From Thermoleophilaceae bacterium (GTDB lineage Bacteria; Actinomycetota; Thermoleophilia; Solirubrobacterales; Thermoleophilaceae), in assembly GCA_030447905.1 (NCBI GenBank), contig JAUJNZ010000001.1:305466-369465 (forward strand): a stretch of 64,000 bases of DNA, read 5' to 3'. Shown piece by piece: positions 44,926 to 53,163 of this stretch. The notes below the pieces were generated by a model that worked only from the letters and a program-made list of their open reading frames with translations, did no database searches and was not told the DNA's origin. A program made the translations under genes and the position numbers. How positions within the stretch are numbered: position 1 is the stretch's first letter; every line of letters begins with the position of its first letter.

Positions 44926-45483
44926 TTAGGCGCGGCGGCGGAGCGCGATGGCCGCGAGGCCAAGCGACAAGAGGGCAAGCGCGGTTCCCCCGGCGGCCAG
45001 AGGCAGGTTCACGCGGCTCCCGCCTGACGGCCCGGCGGTTGCGCCGCCGAGGCCAGTCTCGACTCCGCCCTCGGGGAAGTCGTTTTCGCCACCCTCGTCC
45101 CTTGAGGGGAGGTCCTCGCAGGCGATGCCGTCGTCCTCACCGTCGTCCTCGTCCAACCTGTCTTCGTCGGACCCACCTTGGGAGCGGAAGAACTCCTGGG
45201 CATCCTCCTGAAACTGGAAGTCATCGCAGTTGACGTCGTCCTGGCCGTTCGTCGAATCCGAGGTGCCCTCACCGTCCACGCTTCCCGACCCGTCGCTTCC
45301 GGCGCCCTGAGCCTCGACCTTGGCGTCGCCACCCTCCGGCGAGTCCTCATCGACGGTTCCGGCCGCCGCAGCACCCGGCGCCTCATCCGCTCCCTGGGCA
45401 AACGCACTCCCGCTGAGCATCAGCAGCGCAAGCAGGCTCAGCAGCACGGCGATTCCCCAACACGATCCGTTTCTCTGCCGCAC
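44926..45483 (-). CDS. Secreted acidic Excalibur (Ca-binding) domain protein with C-terminal sorting signal; likely sortase substrate
   Basis: GTG at 45483 is preceded by GGGGGAGAG. Signal peptide WGIAVLLSLLALLMLSGSAFA. Excalibur motif NCDDFQFQEDAQEFF...DEDDGEDDGIACEDL. C-terminus LPLAAGG + hydrophobic helix + RRRA. Confidence 0.7.
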   Translation of the reverse strand: MRQRNGSCWGIAVLLSLLALLMLSGSAFAQGADEAPGAAAAGTVDEDSPEGGDAKVEAQGAGSDGSGSVDGEGTSDSTNGQDDVNCDDFQFQEDAQEFFRSQGGSDEDRLDEDDGEDDGIACEDLPSRDEGGENDFPEGGVETGLGGATAGPSGGSRVNLPLAAGGTALALLSLGLAAIALRRRA

Positions 45484-45523
45484 GATTCTCTCCCCCTCGA
45501 TCTCCTCCGGTGTCGGCGGAAAC

Positions 45524-45551
45524 CTACCCAAACTCGAGCTTTCTTGGGTAG
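45524..45551 (-). terminator. Hairpin downstream of ispG (8-bp stem), followed by GTTTCC on the gene strand
   Basis: CTACCCAA-gaaagctcgagt-TTGGGTAG on the minus strand, 66 nt after the ispG stop. The T tract is weak. Confidence 0.3.
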
Positions 45552-45616
45552 CAGGCAACGAGACATGCACGCCGCCGTGCACGCACGCTGGCCCGGAAGT
45601 CCTGCGACCTGCGGCG

Positions 45617-46927
45617 CTACCCGCGCTTGAAGCGCCGCCCGGCCGTCGGCGAGGCGGTCTCGTCGAGGCGCAGGCGCTCAGCCGCCGCGACGGGCAGGGC
45701 GATGACCTCGCCGTCGCCGTTCGGCGCCGCGCCGGCCTCGGCCTCGGCCGCCGCCTGCGCGGCCTCCATCGCCGCCAGCCGCTCCGGGGTCAGCTCGCCC
45801 GCGTTCTCGTCCTCGATGCGCCGCAGCCACTCGGCCCCCTCCGCGGACTTGCGCTCGTCGACCACGGTCTGGCCCACCTGCAGCGACCTGTCGATCTCGG
45901 CGAACAGCTCGTCCACGAGGCGCTCGGTCGGGACTTTGCGCAGCGGCTTTCCGTGGGCGAATATCAACCCCTCGTCCTTGGCGCCGGTGATCCCGAAGTC
46001 GGCGTGCGAGGCCTCGCCGATGCCGTTGACCGCGCACCCGAGCACGGCGACCTCGACCGGGCTCTCGTAGCGCTCGAGGCGCCGCTCGATGTCGGCGACC
46101 ACCGTGTCCATGTCGAACTGGAGGCGCCCGCACGTCGGGCAGGCGATCAGCACCGGCCCCTTCTCGCGCAGCTTGAGGGCCTTGAGGATCTCCCAGGCGA
46201 CCTTGACCTCCTCCTCGGCGTGGAAGGTCGAGAGCGAGATCCGCATCGTGTCGCCGATGCCGTCGGCGAGCAGCGTGCCGAGGCCGACCGCCGACTTCAG
46301 AGAGCCGGTCCACCTGGTGCCGGCCTCGGTGATCCCGAGGTGCAGCGGGTAGTCGATCCGCTCGGAGAGCAGGCGGTTCGAGGCGATCGTGTTCGGCACC
46401 GAGGTCGACTTGATCGACACCTTGAAGTCCTCGAAGCGCAGCGACTCCATGAGCTCGACGAACTCGACGGCGGCGCGCACGAGCGCCTCGACCGAGTCCT
46501 CGCGCTCGAGCTCGTGCAGGTGCCTGGGCAGCGAGCCCGAGTTCACCCCGATCCGCATCGGCACTCCGGCCGCCCGGGCCCGGTCGGCGACCTGCCTGAC
46601 CTTCTCGGGACCGCCGATGTTTCCCGGATTGAGGCGGATGCAGTGTGCGCCGGCGTCGATCGCCTTGAGCGCGAGGGTGTGGTTGAAGTGGATGTCGGCG
46701 ATCACCGGGATCGGGGAGTCGACGACGATCTCCTTGAGGGCCTCGATGTCCTTGTTGCGCGGCACGGCGACGCGGACGATGTCCGCCCCCGCCTCGGCGA
46801 TGCGGCGGATCTGGTCCTTCGTCGCCTCGAGGTCGGCGGTCTCGGTCTTGGTCATCGACTGCACGGCCACGGGCGCGCCGCCCCCGATCGGAACACTCCC
46901 GACGTGGATCTGGCGCCTCGATGCCAC
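45617..46927 (-). CDS. ispG: 4-hydroxy-3-methylbut-2-en-1-yl diphosphate synthase
   Basis: VGSVPIGGGAPVAVQSMTKT, IRVAVP, INPGNIG-like LNPGNIGG, CPTCGR [4Fe-4S] region. Ala/Glu-rich C-terminal tail. Confidence 0.93.
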   Translation of the reverse strand: MASRRQIHVGSVPIGGGAPVAVQSMTKTETADLEATKDQIRRIAEAGADIVRVAVPRNKDIEALKEIVVDSPIPVIADIHFNHTLALKAIDAGAHCIRLNPGNIGGPEKVRQVADRARAAGVPMRIGVNSGSLPRHLHELEREDSVEALVRAAVEFVELMESLRFEDFKVSIKSTSVPNTIASNRLLSERIDYPLHLGITEAGTRWTGSLKSAVGLGTLLADGIGDTMRISLSTFHAEEEVKVAWEILKALKLREKGPVLIACPTCGRLQFDMDTVVADIERRLERYESPVEVAVLGCAVNGIGEASHADFGITGAKDEGLIFAHGKPLRKVPTERLVDELFAEIDRSLQVGQTVVDERKSAEGAEWLRRIEDENAGELTPERLAAMEAAQAAAEAEAGAAPNGDGEVIALPVAAAERLRLDETASPTAGRRFKRG

Positions 46928-46936
46928 GGGCCGAGT

Positions 46937-48388
46937 CTAGCCCCCGCGTGGGACCGCCAAGGCGCAGCCCACGCCCGCGAGCGCGACCGCCGCGCTGACC
47001 AGGAAGCCGAGTGTGAACGCGCTCTCGGCGGGAGCGCCGGCTCCCAGCGCGAACGCGGCGAGCAGGGCCGCCGCGACCTGGCCGCCGACCGCCCCTCCCA
47101 TCCGCCGGGTCACGCTGTTGAGGGCGGTGGCCACGCCGGTCTCCGCTCGTCGGACGCCCTCAGCCACCAGGGTAGTCCCCGGTCCGATGGCGAAGCCGAG
47201 TCCCACCCCCATGAGGAAGGTACCGATCACGACCTCGAGCGGCTCGGCGTGAAAGAGCGCGAGCGCTCCGGCTCCGGCAGCGAGGAGCAGGAGGCCGCCG
47301 GCGAGCGTCGCCTTCTGGGAGGAGCGCTCCGCGACCCAGCCTGAAACGGGGCCCGCGAGCAGCTGCCCAACCGCGTTCGGCAGCAGGAACAGCCCGGTCT
47401 CGAGCGCGCTCGCGCCGAAGCCGTAGCCGGTAGATCCACCCGGCGACTCGACGAGGTGGGGCACGAGGAAGAGCATCCCGAACAACACGTAGCCGAGCAG
47501 GAAGGTCGTCATGTTGGCGAAGAGGACCGGTCGGGCTCCGAGGGCGCGCAGGTCGACGAGCGGCTCGTGGGCGCGGAGCTCATGGCGCACCCAGGCGACC
47601 AGCGCGAGCGCGCCCGCGACGCCGAGGCCGAGCGTCGGCGGCGAGGTCCAGCCCCAGCGCTCGCCCTCGGTGATCGGGATGAGCACGAGCGCCAGACCGA
47701 CGCCGAGAAGAGCGGCGCCCGGCATGTCGAGACGGGCCTGGTTGCGCACGGGCGACGGCGGGACGAGCAGTCGCACCAGGACGGCGGCGAGAACGACCAG
47801 GACCGCCCCGGAAACGAATACCGACCGCCAAGAGAACGCCTCGACGAGGAACCCTGTCAAGCCGAGCCCGAGCGCGCCGCCGAGGCCGAACGCGCTCGTC
47901 AGCCACCCCATGCCGGTGCCGACGCGCGCTTCGGGGAACTCGTCACGGACCACCGACTGGCTGAGCGGGAAGACCGCCCCGCCGAGTCCCTGAAGCGAGC
48001 GAAAGACGATCAGCCAGCCGATGCTCGGGGCGAGCGCCGCGCCCACCGAGCCCACGAGGAACGATGCGAGCGCGATCAGGATCAGCCGGTGCTTGCCGTG
48101 GCGGTCGCCGAGCTTGCCGAGCAATGGCGCCGTGACCGCCGCGACGACGAGATAGCCGGTGAGCAGCCAGGCGCTGAGGCGCGTCGGGGCGCCGAGGTCA
48201 CCCTCGATCGTGGGAAGCGCCGGAACGACGGCGGTCTGCTGGAACGCGAACGCGGTGGTGCCGAGCACGAGCGCCACCAGGGCGCCCAGGTAGCGGCGGC
48301 GGTCGCCGAGCTCGCGGGCGGGCGGGCGTCGGGGGAGCCGGCCGGTACGGACCTCGCTGCTCACCTGGCGAGAGTACATTCGGCTCAT
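46937..48388 (-). CDS. MFS transporter (DHA2/EmrB-like, about 14 TM)
   Basis: ATG at 48388. LGDRHGKHRLILIALASFLVGS (motif A-like). Many TM helices. Confidence 0.8.
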   Translation of the reverse strand: MSRMYSRQVSSEVRTGRLPRRPPARELGDRRRYLGALVALVLGTTAFAFQQTAVVPALPTIEGDLGAPTRLSAWLLTGYLVVAAVTAPLLGKLGDRHGKHRLILIALASFLVGSVGAALAPSIGWLIVFRSLQGLGGAVFPLSQSVVRDEFPEARVGTGMGWLTSAFGLGGALGLGLTGFLVEAFSWRSVFVSGAVLVVLAAVLVRLLVPPSPVRNQARLDMPGAALLGVGLALVLIPITEGERWGWTSPPTLGLGVAGALALVAWVRHELRAHEPLVDLRALGARPVLFANMTTFLLGYVLFGMLFLVPHLVESPGGSTGYGFGASALETGLFLLPNAVGQLLAGPVSGWVAERSSQKATLAGGLLLLAAGAGALALFHAEPLEVVIGTFLMGVGLGFAIGPGTTLVAEGVRRAETGVATALNSVTRRMGGAVGGQVAAALLAAFALGAGAPAESAFTLGFLVSAAVALAGVGCALAVPRGG

Positions 48389-49190
48389 GGCCACGCTGGC
48401 CGAGGCGGCGCTGAGGGCAGAGGAGCGAAGGGCGCTCGACCACTTCGTCGAGCGGCTCGAGCTCGAGCTTGGTGGCGACCTGCGTGGGGTGTGGCTGTAC
48501 GGCTCGCGCGCACGGGGCGAGTGGACGGGACCGGAGTCAGACGTCGATCTGCTGGTGATCACCACAGACGGCAGCGAGGAGGCCTGGCTTCGGAGCGCGC
48601 TGTGGGAGACGGTCGAAGCGGAGCGCGCGAGCCCGTTTTTCTTCTCGCTCCAAGTCTACGGGCTCGACCGGCTGGCCGAGCGGCGAGGGATCCAAGCGTG
48701 GTTCGAGAAGGAGGTCGACCGCGAACGGATCGTGCTTGCCGGCGATCCCGAAGGATTAGCGGGGGTGAGAGCACCGGCGCCGGAGCTTCTACCCGGAGAG
48801 ATGCGACGGCGGACCGAGGAGCTGCTCGAGGAGGCGCACGAGCGCTTGGAGGTCGCCAGGCTCTCGGTCGGAGCGGAAATCGGCACCCCGGCGGTGAGCC
48901 TGGCGTACTACGCGGCTTTCGACGCCGCGCGCGCGGCGCTGAGCGAGGAGGATCGCCACACTCGAAGCCACGAAGGCACGTGGCAGCTCTTCCGCGAGAC
49001 CTTCGTGCTCGCCGGCCGCTTCGACGCCGGACTCTACGCGGCCACCCACGCTGGCCAGGAGCGGCGAGAGAACGCCGACTACAGGCGGGTGCGCTTCACA
49101 CCCGAGGAGGCTCGCTCGATCATCGAGACCTGCGATCGTTTCCTGACCGCGGTCGAGGCCATGCTCGCACGCGACCCGGACCCGAAATGA
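48387..49190 (+). CDS. Fused minimal nucleotidyltransferase (MNT) - HEPN domain protein
   Basis: NTase motif YGSRARGEWTGPESDVDLLV (GS...DxD). C-terminal HEPN-like four-helix region with RHTRSH (R-x4-H) and ERRENADY. Confidence 0.7.
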   Translation: MATLAEAALRAEERRALDHFVERLELELGGDLRGVWLYGSRARGEWTGPESDVDLLVITTDGSEEAWLRSALWETVEAERASPFFFSLQVYGLDRLAERRGIQAWFEKEVDRERIVLAGDPEGLAGVRAPAPELLPGEMRRRTEELLEEAHERLEVARLSVGAEIGTPAVSLAYYAAFDAARAALSEEDRHTRSHEGTWQLFRETFVLAGRFDAGLYAATHAGQERRENADYRRVRFTPEEARSIIETCDRFLTAVEAMLARDPDPK

Positions 49191-49265
49191 GAGTCTCAGC
49201 CGCCGACTGGCTCCGCAGTGGGGAACGGCGCGTAGCTCGACGGACGCCCTTCGCCCCGACCACCC

Positions 49266-49934
49266 TCACCGCGACGAGAACAGGTTCAGCAGCGAGATGA
49301 AGATGTTGACGATCGACACGAAGATCCCGGTCGCAAGCCACACCACGTCGTTCTCGCCCGCCCGCTTGCGCAGGAAGTTGAAGTTGACGAGGATCAACGC
49401 CGCCGACAGCCCGTAGATGAGGAGCGACAGGATCGGGCTGCCCGCCGCGCCGACGACGAGCATCACGATCGACACTCCGACGGCGATGAGCACGAGGATC
49501 GACAGCGGGCGCATCCAGCGGGCAAGGTCCTTCGAGAGCGTGAAGCCGAGGGCGCCCATGCCGAGCACGGTGAGGGCGGTGCCGCCCGCGGCCTGGGTGA
49601 GGATCCCCGGCTGGCTCGCCGTGAAGTAGGCGATCGTCGGGCCGAGACCGAGCCCGATGAGGAGCGCCAGGGCATAGAGCCATCCGATCCCGAAAGCTCC
49701 GACGCGGAAGCGCTCGCCGCCGAACGATGCGATCAACAGCATGCCCAGCCCGCCGAACGAGCAGATGAGAGCGGTGCCCGGGGCGAGGTCCTTGCCGATG
49801 ACCGTGCCGAGGGTGAGAAAGCCGATGGCTACGGCCACGAGGAAGAGCGTGCGACCGAGGATGGTCGCCGTGCTGACCGCGGCACCGGCGCCGACCGTTG
49901 CGAACCTACCCTGCGATCCCGCGTACGAAGGCAT
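49266..49934 (-). CDS. Bax inhibitor-1/YccA family membrane protein
   Basis: ATG at 49934 with GAGAGGAGAG 4 nt upstream. About 7 TM helices. 222 aa, typical of the family. Confidence 0.7.
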   Translation of the reverse strand: MPSYAGSQGRFATVGAGAAVSTATILGRTLFLVAVAIGFLTLGTVIGKDLAPGTALICSFGGLGMLLIASFGGERFRVGAFGIGWLYALALLIGLGLGPTIAYFTASQPGILTQAAGGTALTVLGMGALGFTLSKDLARWMRPLSILVLIAVGVSIVMLVVGAAGSPILSLLIYGLSAALILVNFNFLRKRAGENDVVWLATGIFVSIVNIFISLLNLFSSR

Positions 49935-49940
49935 CGACTC

Positions 49941-49969
49941 TCCTCTCGCAATCAGTGTCTCCGAGAGGA
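49941..49969 (-). promoter_or_regulatory. SD-sequestering hairpin in the BI-1 gene leader, with a competing upstream hairpin
   Basis: On the minus strand, TCCTCTCG (49969-49962) is perfectly complementary to CGAGAGGA (49948-49941), which is the Shine-Dalgarno. CCGAG/CTCGG (49977-49973 / 49965-49961) competes for the anti-SD. Confidence 0.4.
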
Positions 49970-50152
49970 TACCTCGGCCCAAGAGCGCAGCGAGCGTCGG
50001 TCAGACCGCCTTCCTCACGTCGATCACGTCGCCAGGACGAGGGCGCGGGCGCCGCTCCGCGGCTTGACCTCGACGCGCGCGTGAGGGCAGTCTGCACGCG
50101 CTCCCTCCGTTGTCACCTCGCTCGTCGCACCCCGCAATGCCCCCAGGAGGGA

Positions 50153-51241
50153 TTACCGCACCCTGAAGCCCTCCCCGGTGAGCCGGCCGATGTCGTTCGT
50201 CAGCCCGATGACGAACAGCACCGCGACGAGCATGAAGCCGACGACCCCGGCCCGTTCCATGACGCTGAAGGGCACCGGCCTTCGCCGCACCTTCTCCACT
50301 AGCGACCAGAAGATGTGGCCGCCGTCGAGCGGCAGGAACGGGAACAGGTTGATGACCGCGAGGGCGAGCGAGATCACCCCGAGGATGCCGACGACCTCGG
50401 CGGCGTCGTCGAGGATGGTCTGGCGGGTGATCTCGTAGGAGCCGACGATGCCGGTGATCTGCTTGCGCTTCTCGGCGTCGAACAGGCGCAGCGGGAGCTT
50501 GATCGTCTCCCAGGTGACCAGTAGGAAGCGGTCGGCGGTGATCGCCACCGCCTCACCGAGAGGCAGCGGATCGCGCGGCCCGGCGGCGTAGGAGAACCCG
50601 AGCCGGGTGCGGCCTACCGCCGGGTCGTAGATCGGCCGCGCCGCGACCGCGCGCCGCTCGCCGCCGCGCTCGACGAGCAGGGTCACCGGCCGGGCGGCCG
50701 CGCAGCCGCGCCGCGGGGGCTGGGCGGCGCAGCGGTTGTCGGAGATCGCGGTCGAGAGCTGTTGGGGCTCGCCGCGCCGACCGTCCACGGCGAGGATGCG
50801 ATCGCCGGGCTTGAGCACCCCGGCGGCCGGGTAGCCGCGCTCGAGCGTCCCGACCCGGCTGCTCACGGTCTCGGGTCCGATGGCCGCGAACAGGACGAGC
50901 AGAAGGAGAAAGGCCAGCACGAAGTTCACCAGCGGCCCGGCGGCGATGACGACGATCCGCTTCCACACCGGCTGGGCCGTGTAGGCGCGGGTGCGGACGT
51001 CGTCGGGCAGGTCCTCGTCCGGAGTCATGCCGGTGATCTTCACGTAGCCGCCCGCGGGGATCGAGCCGAGCGCGTACTCGGTCTCGCCGATCTTCTTGCG
51101 CAGCAACAGCGGCGGAAAGAACAGCGCAAACCGCTCGACGCGCATGCCGACGGCCTTGGCCGCGGTGAAGTGGCCGAGCTCGTGCAGGACGACGAGGACC
51201 ATGAAGCCGAGCGCGGCGCCGACGATGGCGACCAGGTTCAC
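50153..51241 (-). CDS. rseP: RIP metalloprotease RseP (site-2 protease, M50)
   Basis: GTG at 51241 (GTGA with the dxr stop). VLHELGHFTAAK HExxH motif, PDZ region, LPLDGGH. Confidence 0.9.
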   Translation of the reverse strand: MNLVAIVGAALGFMVLVVLHELGHFTAAKAVGMRVERFALFFPPLLLRKKIGETEYALGSIPAGGYVKITGMTPDEDLPDDVRTRAYTAQPVWKRIVVIAAGPLVNFVLAFLLLLVLFAAIGPETVSSRVGTLERGYPAAGVLKPGDRILAVDGRRGEPQQLSTAISDNRCAAQPPRRGCAAARPVTLLVERGGERRAVAARPIYDPAVGRTRLGFSYAAGPRDPLPLGEAVAITADRFLLVTWETIKLPLRLFDAEKRKQITGIVGSYEITRQTILDDAAEVVGILGVISLALAVINLFPFLPLDGGHIFWSLVEKVRRRPVPFSVMERAGVVGFMLVAVLFVIGLTNDIGRLTGEGFRVR

Positions 51242-52395
51242 GCGGCCGCCTCGATGGCCTCGACCAGCGCGGCCGCGCGGGTGCGGGCGGCGCTGTCGAC
51301 GGCGTAGAGGTCCTCGAAGCGCCCGACCGGCTCGGCGGGCGTGGCCTCGAGCGCTTCCTCGACGACGCGGGCGATCCCCGGGAACGAGAGCCGGCCCGCC
51401 AGGAAGGCCTCGACGGCGACCTCGTTGGCCGCGTTGAGGGTGCAGGGCACGGTTCCGCCGGCCGCGGCGGCGCGGCGGGCGAGCGCGAGGCACGGGAAGG
51501 CCTCGAGGTCCGGCGCCTCGAAGGTCAGCGAGCCGACCTCGGCCAGGTCGAGGGCGCGCACCGGCACGTCGGCGCGGTCAGGCTCGTGCAGGGCGTAGGC
51601 GATCGGCACCCGCATGTCCGGGTGACCGAGGTGGGCGAGCGCCGCGCCGTCGGCGAGGGTGACGAGCGAATGCACGATCGACTGGGGATGGACGACGACG
51701 TCGATTCGCTCGAGCGGGATGCCGAACAGGTGCACGGCCTCGATGACCTCGAGGCCCTTGTTCATCAGCGTCGCCGAGTCGACGGTGATCTTGCCGCCCA
51801 TCTCCCACGTCGGGTGGGCGAGCGCCTCCGCCGGCCCCACGTCGGCGAGCTCTGAGGCCGAGTGGCCCCGGAAGGGACCACCGGAGGCCGTCAGGACGAG
51901 CCGCTCAACGGCGCCCGGGCGCTCGCCCCGGACGAGTTGCCACAGCGCCGAGTGCTCGGAGTCGACCGGGAGGATCCGGGCTTCGGTCGCCTCGGCGAGG
52001 GCCATCACGAGCTCGCCGCCGACCACCAGGCTCTCCTTGTTGGCAAGCGCGAGGTCGATCCCCTCTCCGAGCGCCGCCACCGTCGGCCCGAGGCCGGCCG
52101 ATCCGACGAGCGCGTTGAGCACGACATCGCACTCGCACTCGGTGACGAGGCGGACGAGACCCTCGGCGCCCGAGAGGACGGTCCCGGCGGTCCAGGCCTC
52201 GGCGGCACGGGCGGCGGCGCGCTCGTCGGCGAGCGCGATCCGCTCGACGCCCAGGCGCTGGGCCTGCGCGAGCAGCGGCTCGAAGCTCGAGTGCGCGGCG
52301 AGGCCGGCGACTGAGAGCTCGTCGGAGCGAGCGATGACGTCGAGCGCCTGCTCGCCGATCGACCCGGTCGAGCCGAGGATGAGGACCCGCTTCAC
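51238..52395 (-). CDS. dxr: 1-deoxy-D-xylulose 5-phosphate reductoisomerase
   Basis: MKRVLILGSTGSIGEQALDVI, LANKESLV, DSEHSA. Confidence 0.95.
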   Translation of the reverse strand: MKRVLILGSTGSIGEQALDVIARSDELSVAGLAAHSSFEPLLAQAQRLGVERIALADERAAARAAEAWTAGTVLSGAEGLVRLVTECECDVVLNALVGSAGLGPTVAALGEGIDLALANKESLVVGGELVMALAEATEARILPVDSEHSALWQLVRGERPGAVERLVLTASGGPFRGHSASELADVGPAEALAHPTWEMGGKITVDSATLMNKGLEVIEAVHLFGIPLERIDVVVHPQSIVHSLVTLADGAALAHLGHPDMRVPIAYALHEPDRADVPVRALDLAEVGSLTFEAPDLEAFPCLALARRAAAAGGTVPCTLNAANEVAVEAFLAGRLSFPGIARVVEEALEATPAEPVGRFEDLYAVDSAARTRAAALVEAIEAAA

Positions 52396-52434
52396 CCCGA
52401 CGAGTGTAGGTGGGCTCGCCGGTGCGCCGACGGC

Positions 52435-53070
52435 TCAGGACCGCGGGCGCTCGACCGGCCCCGCGCGCGCCGGGCGCGGGCGCGCGATGCCGGGCAGGCG
52501 CTCGGCGATGGCTCCGAACCGCTCGGCGAGACCCTGGAGCGGCTCGACCGCCGCCGCTAGGGTGGTCGCGGCTCGGCCGAGGTCGTCGATCGAGTCGCCG
52601 ATGCGGGTCACCGACGGCAGCCCGGCCTCGAGCCGCTCGCCCACCGCCAGGATCTTGGCCGAGGAGCCCTCGAAGCGGTCTGCGGCGGCGAGCATCGAGT
52701 CGACCCGCTCGTCGATCCCGCCGAGGCGGTCGAGGATCGATTCGGCACGAGCGTCGAGTTGGTCGATGCGAGCCAGGACGGCTTCGGCCCGGGCGTCGAG
52801 CCGCTCCCCCGCCCCCGAGACCGCCTTGCCCTGCCTCTCGATGCGTTCGCCGAGCGCGACCGCGGCCTCGAGCCGATCGCCGAGCTCGCCCAGCGTCTCG
52901 GTGGCCTCGACGACCTCGCCGGCGCGCCGGTCGAGGGCTTCGAGCCGCTCGGACAGCGCTCGCTCGGTGTCCGGAACGGTGCGTGCGAGCGCGGCGAGGT
53001 CTCGGAGGTCGTCGAGCCCCTCGGCCAGCGCGCCGTCGGGCTCCGGGTCGCGCGCGGCTTCGGCCAGCAT
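52435..53070 (-). CDS. Helical-repeat / coiled-coil protein of unknown function
   Basis: A (D/E)-R-(L/I/V/F) motif recurs about 12 times at 7/10/11/14-residue spacing. The coding-type GC1/GC2/GC3 pattern continues upstream of the ATG to 53163. The true 5' end is unclear. Confidence 0.55.
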   Translation of the reverse strand: MLAEAARDPEPDGALAEGLDDLRDLAALARTVPDTERALSERLEALDRRAGEVVEATETLGELGDRLEAAVALGERIERQGKAVSGAGERLDARAEAVLARIDQLDARAESILDRLGGIDERVDSMLAAADRFEGSSAKILAVGERLEAGLPSVTRIGDSIDDLGRAATTLAAAVEPLQGLAERFGAIAERLPGIARPRPARAGPVERPRS

Positions 53071-53163
53071 CCGGGCGGCGACCGCGAGCTCGTGCAGATC
53101 GTCGAGGGCGCGAGCCAGCAGCCGCGGCGGGAGGAGCAGGGGATTGATGATGTTCTCAGTCTC

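Noticed and set aside
48387-49190. Calling the MNT-HEPN fusion an aminoglycoside (kanamycin) nucleotidyltransferase resistance gene
   Set aside because: Only the generic NTase and HEPN motifs are visible. There is no basis in the sequence alone for substrate assignment.
49906-50097. 63-aa minus-strand ORF in the rseP/BI-1 spacer
   Set aside because: Arg/Ala/Gly-rich with no SD and no motif. The region is better explained as a structured untranslated leader.
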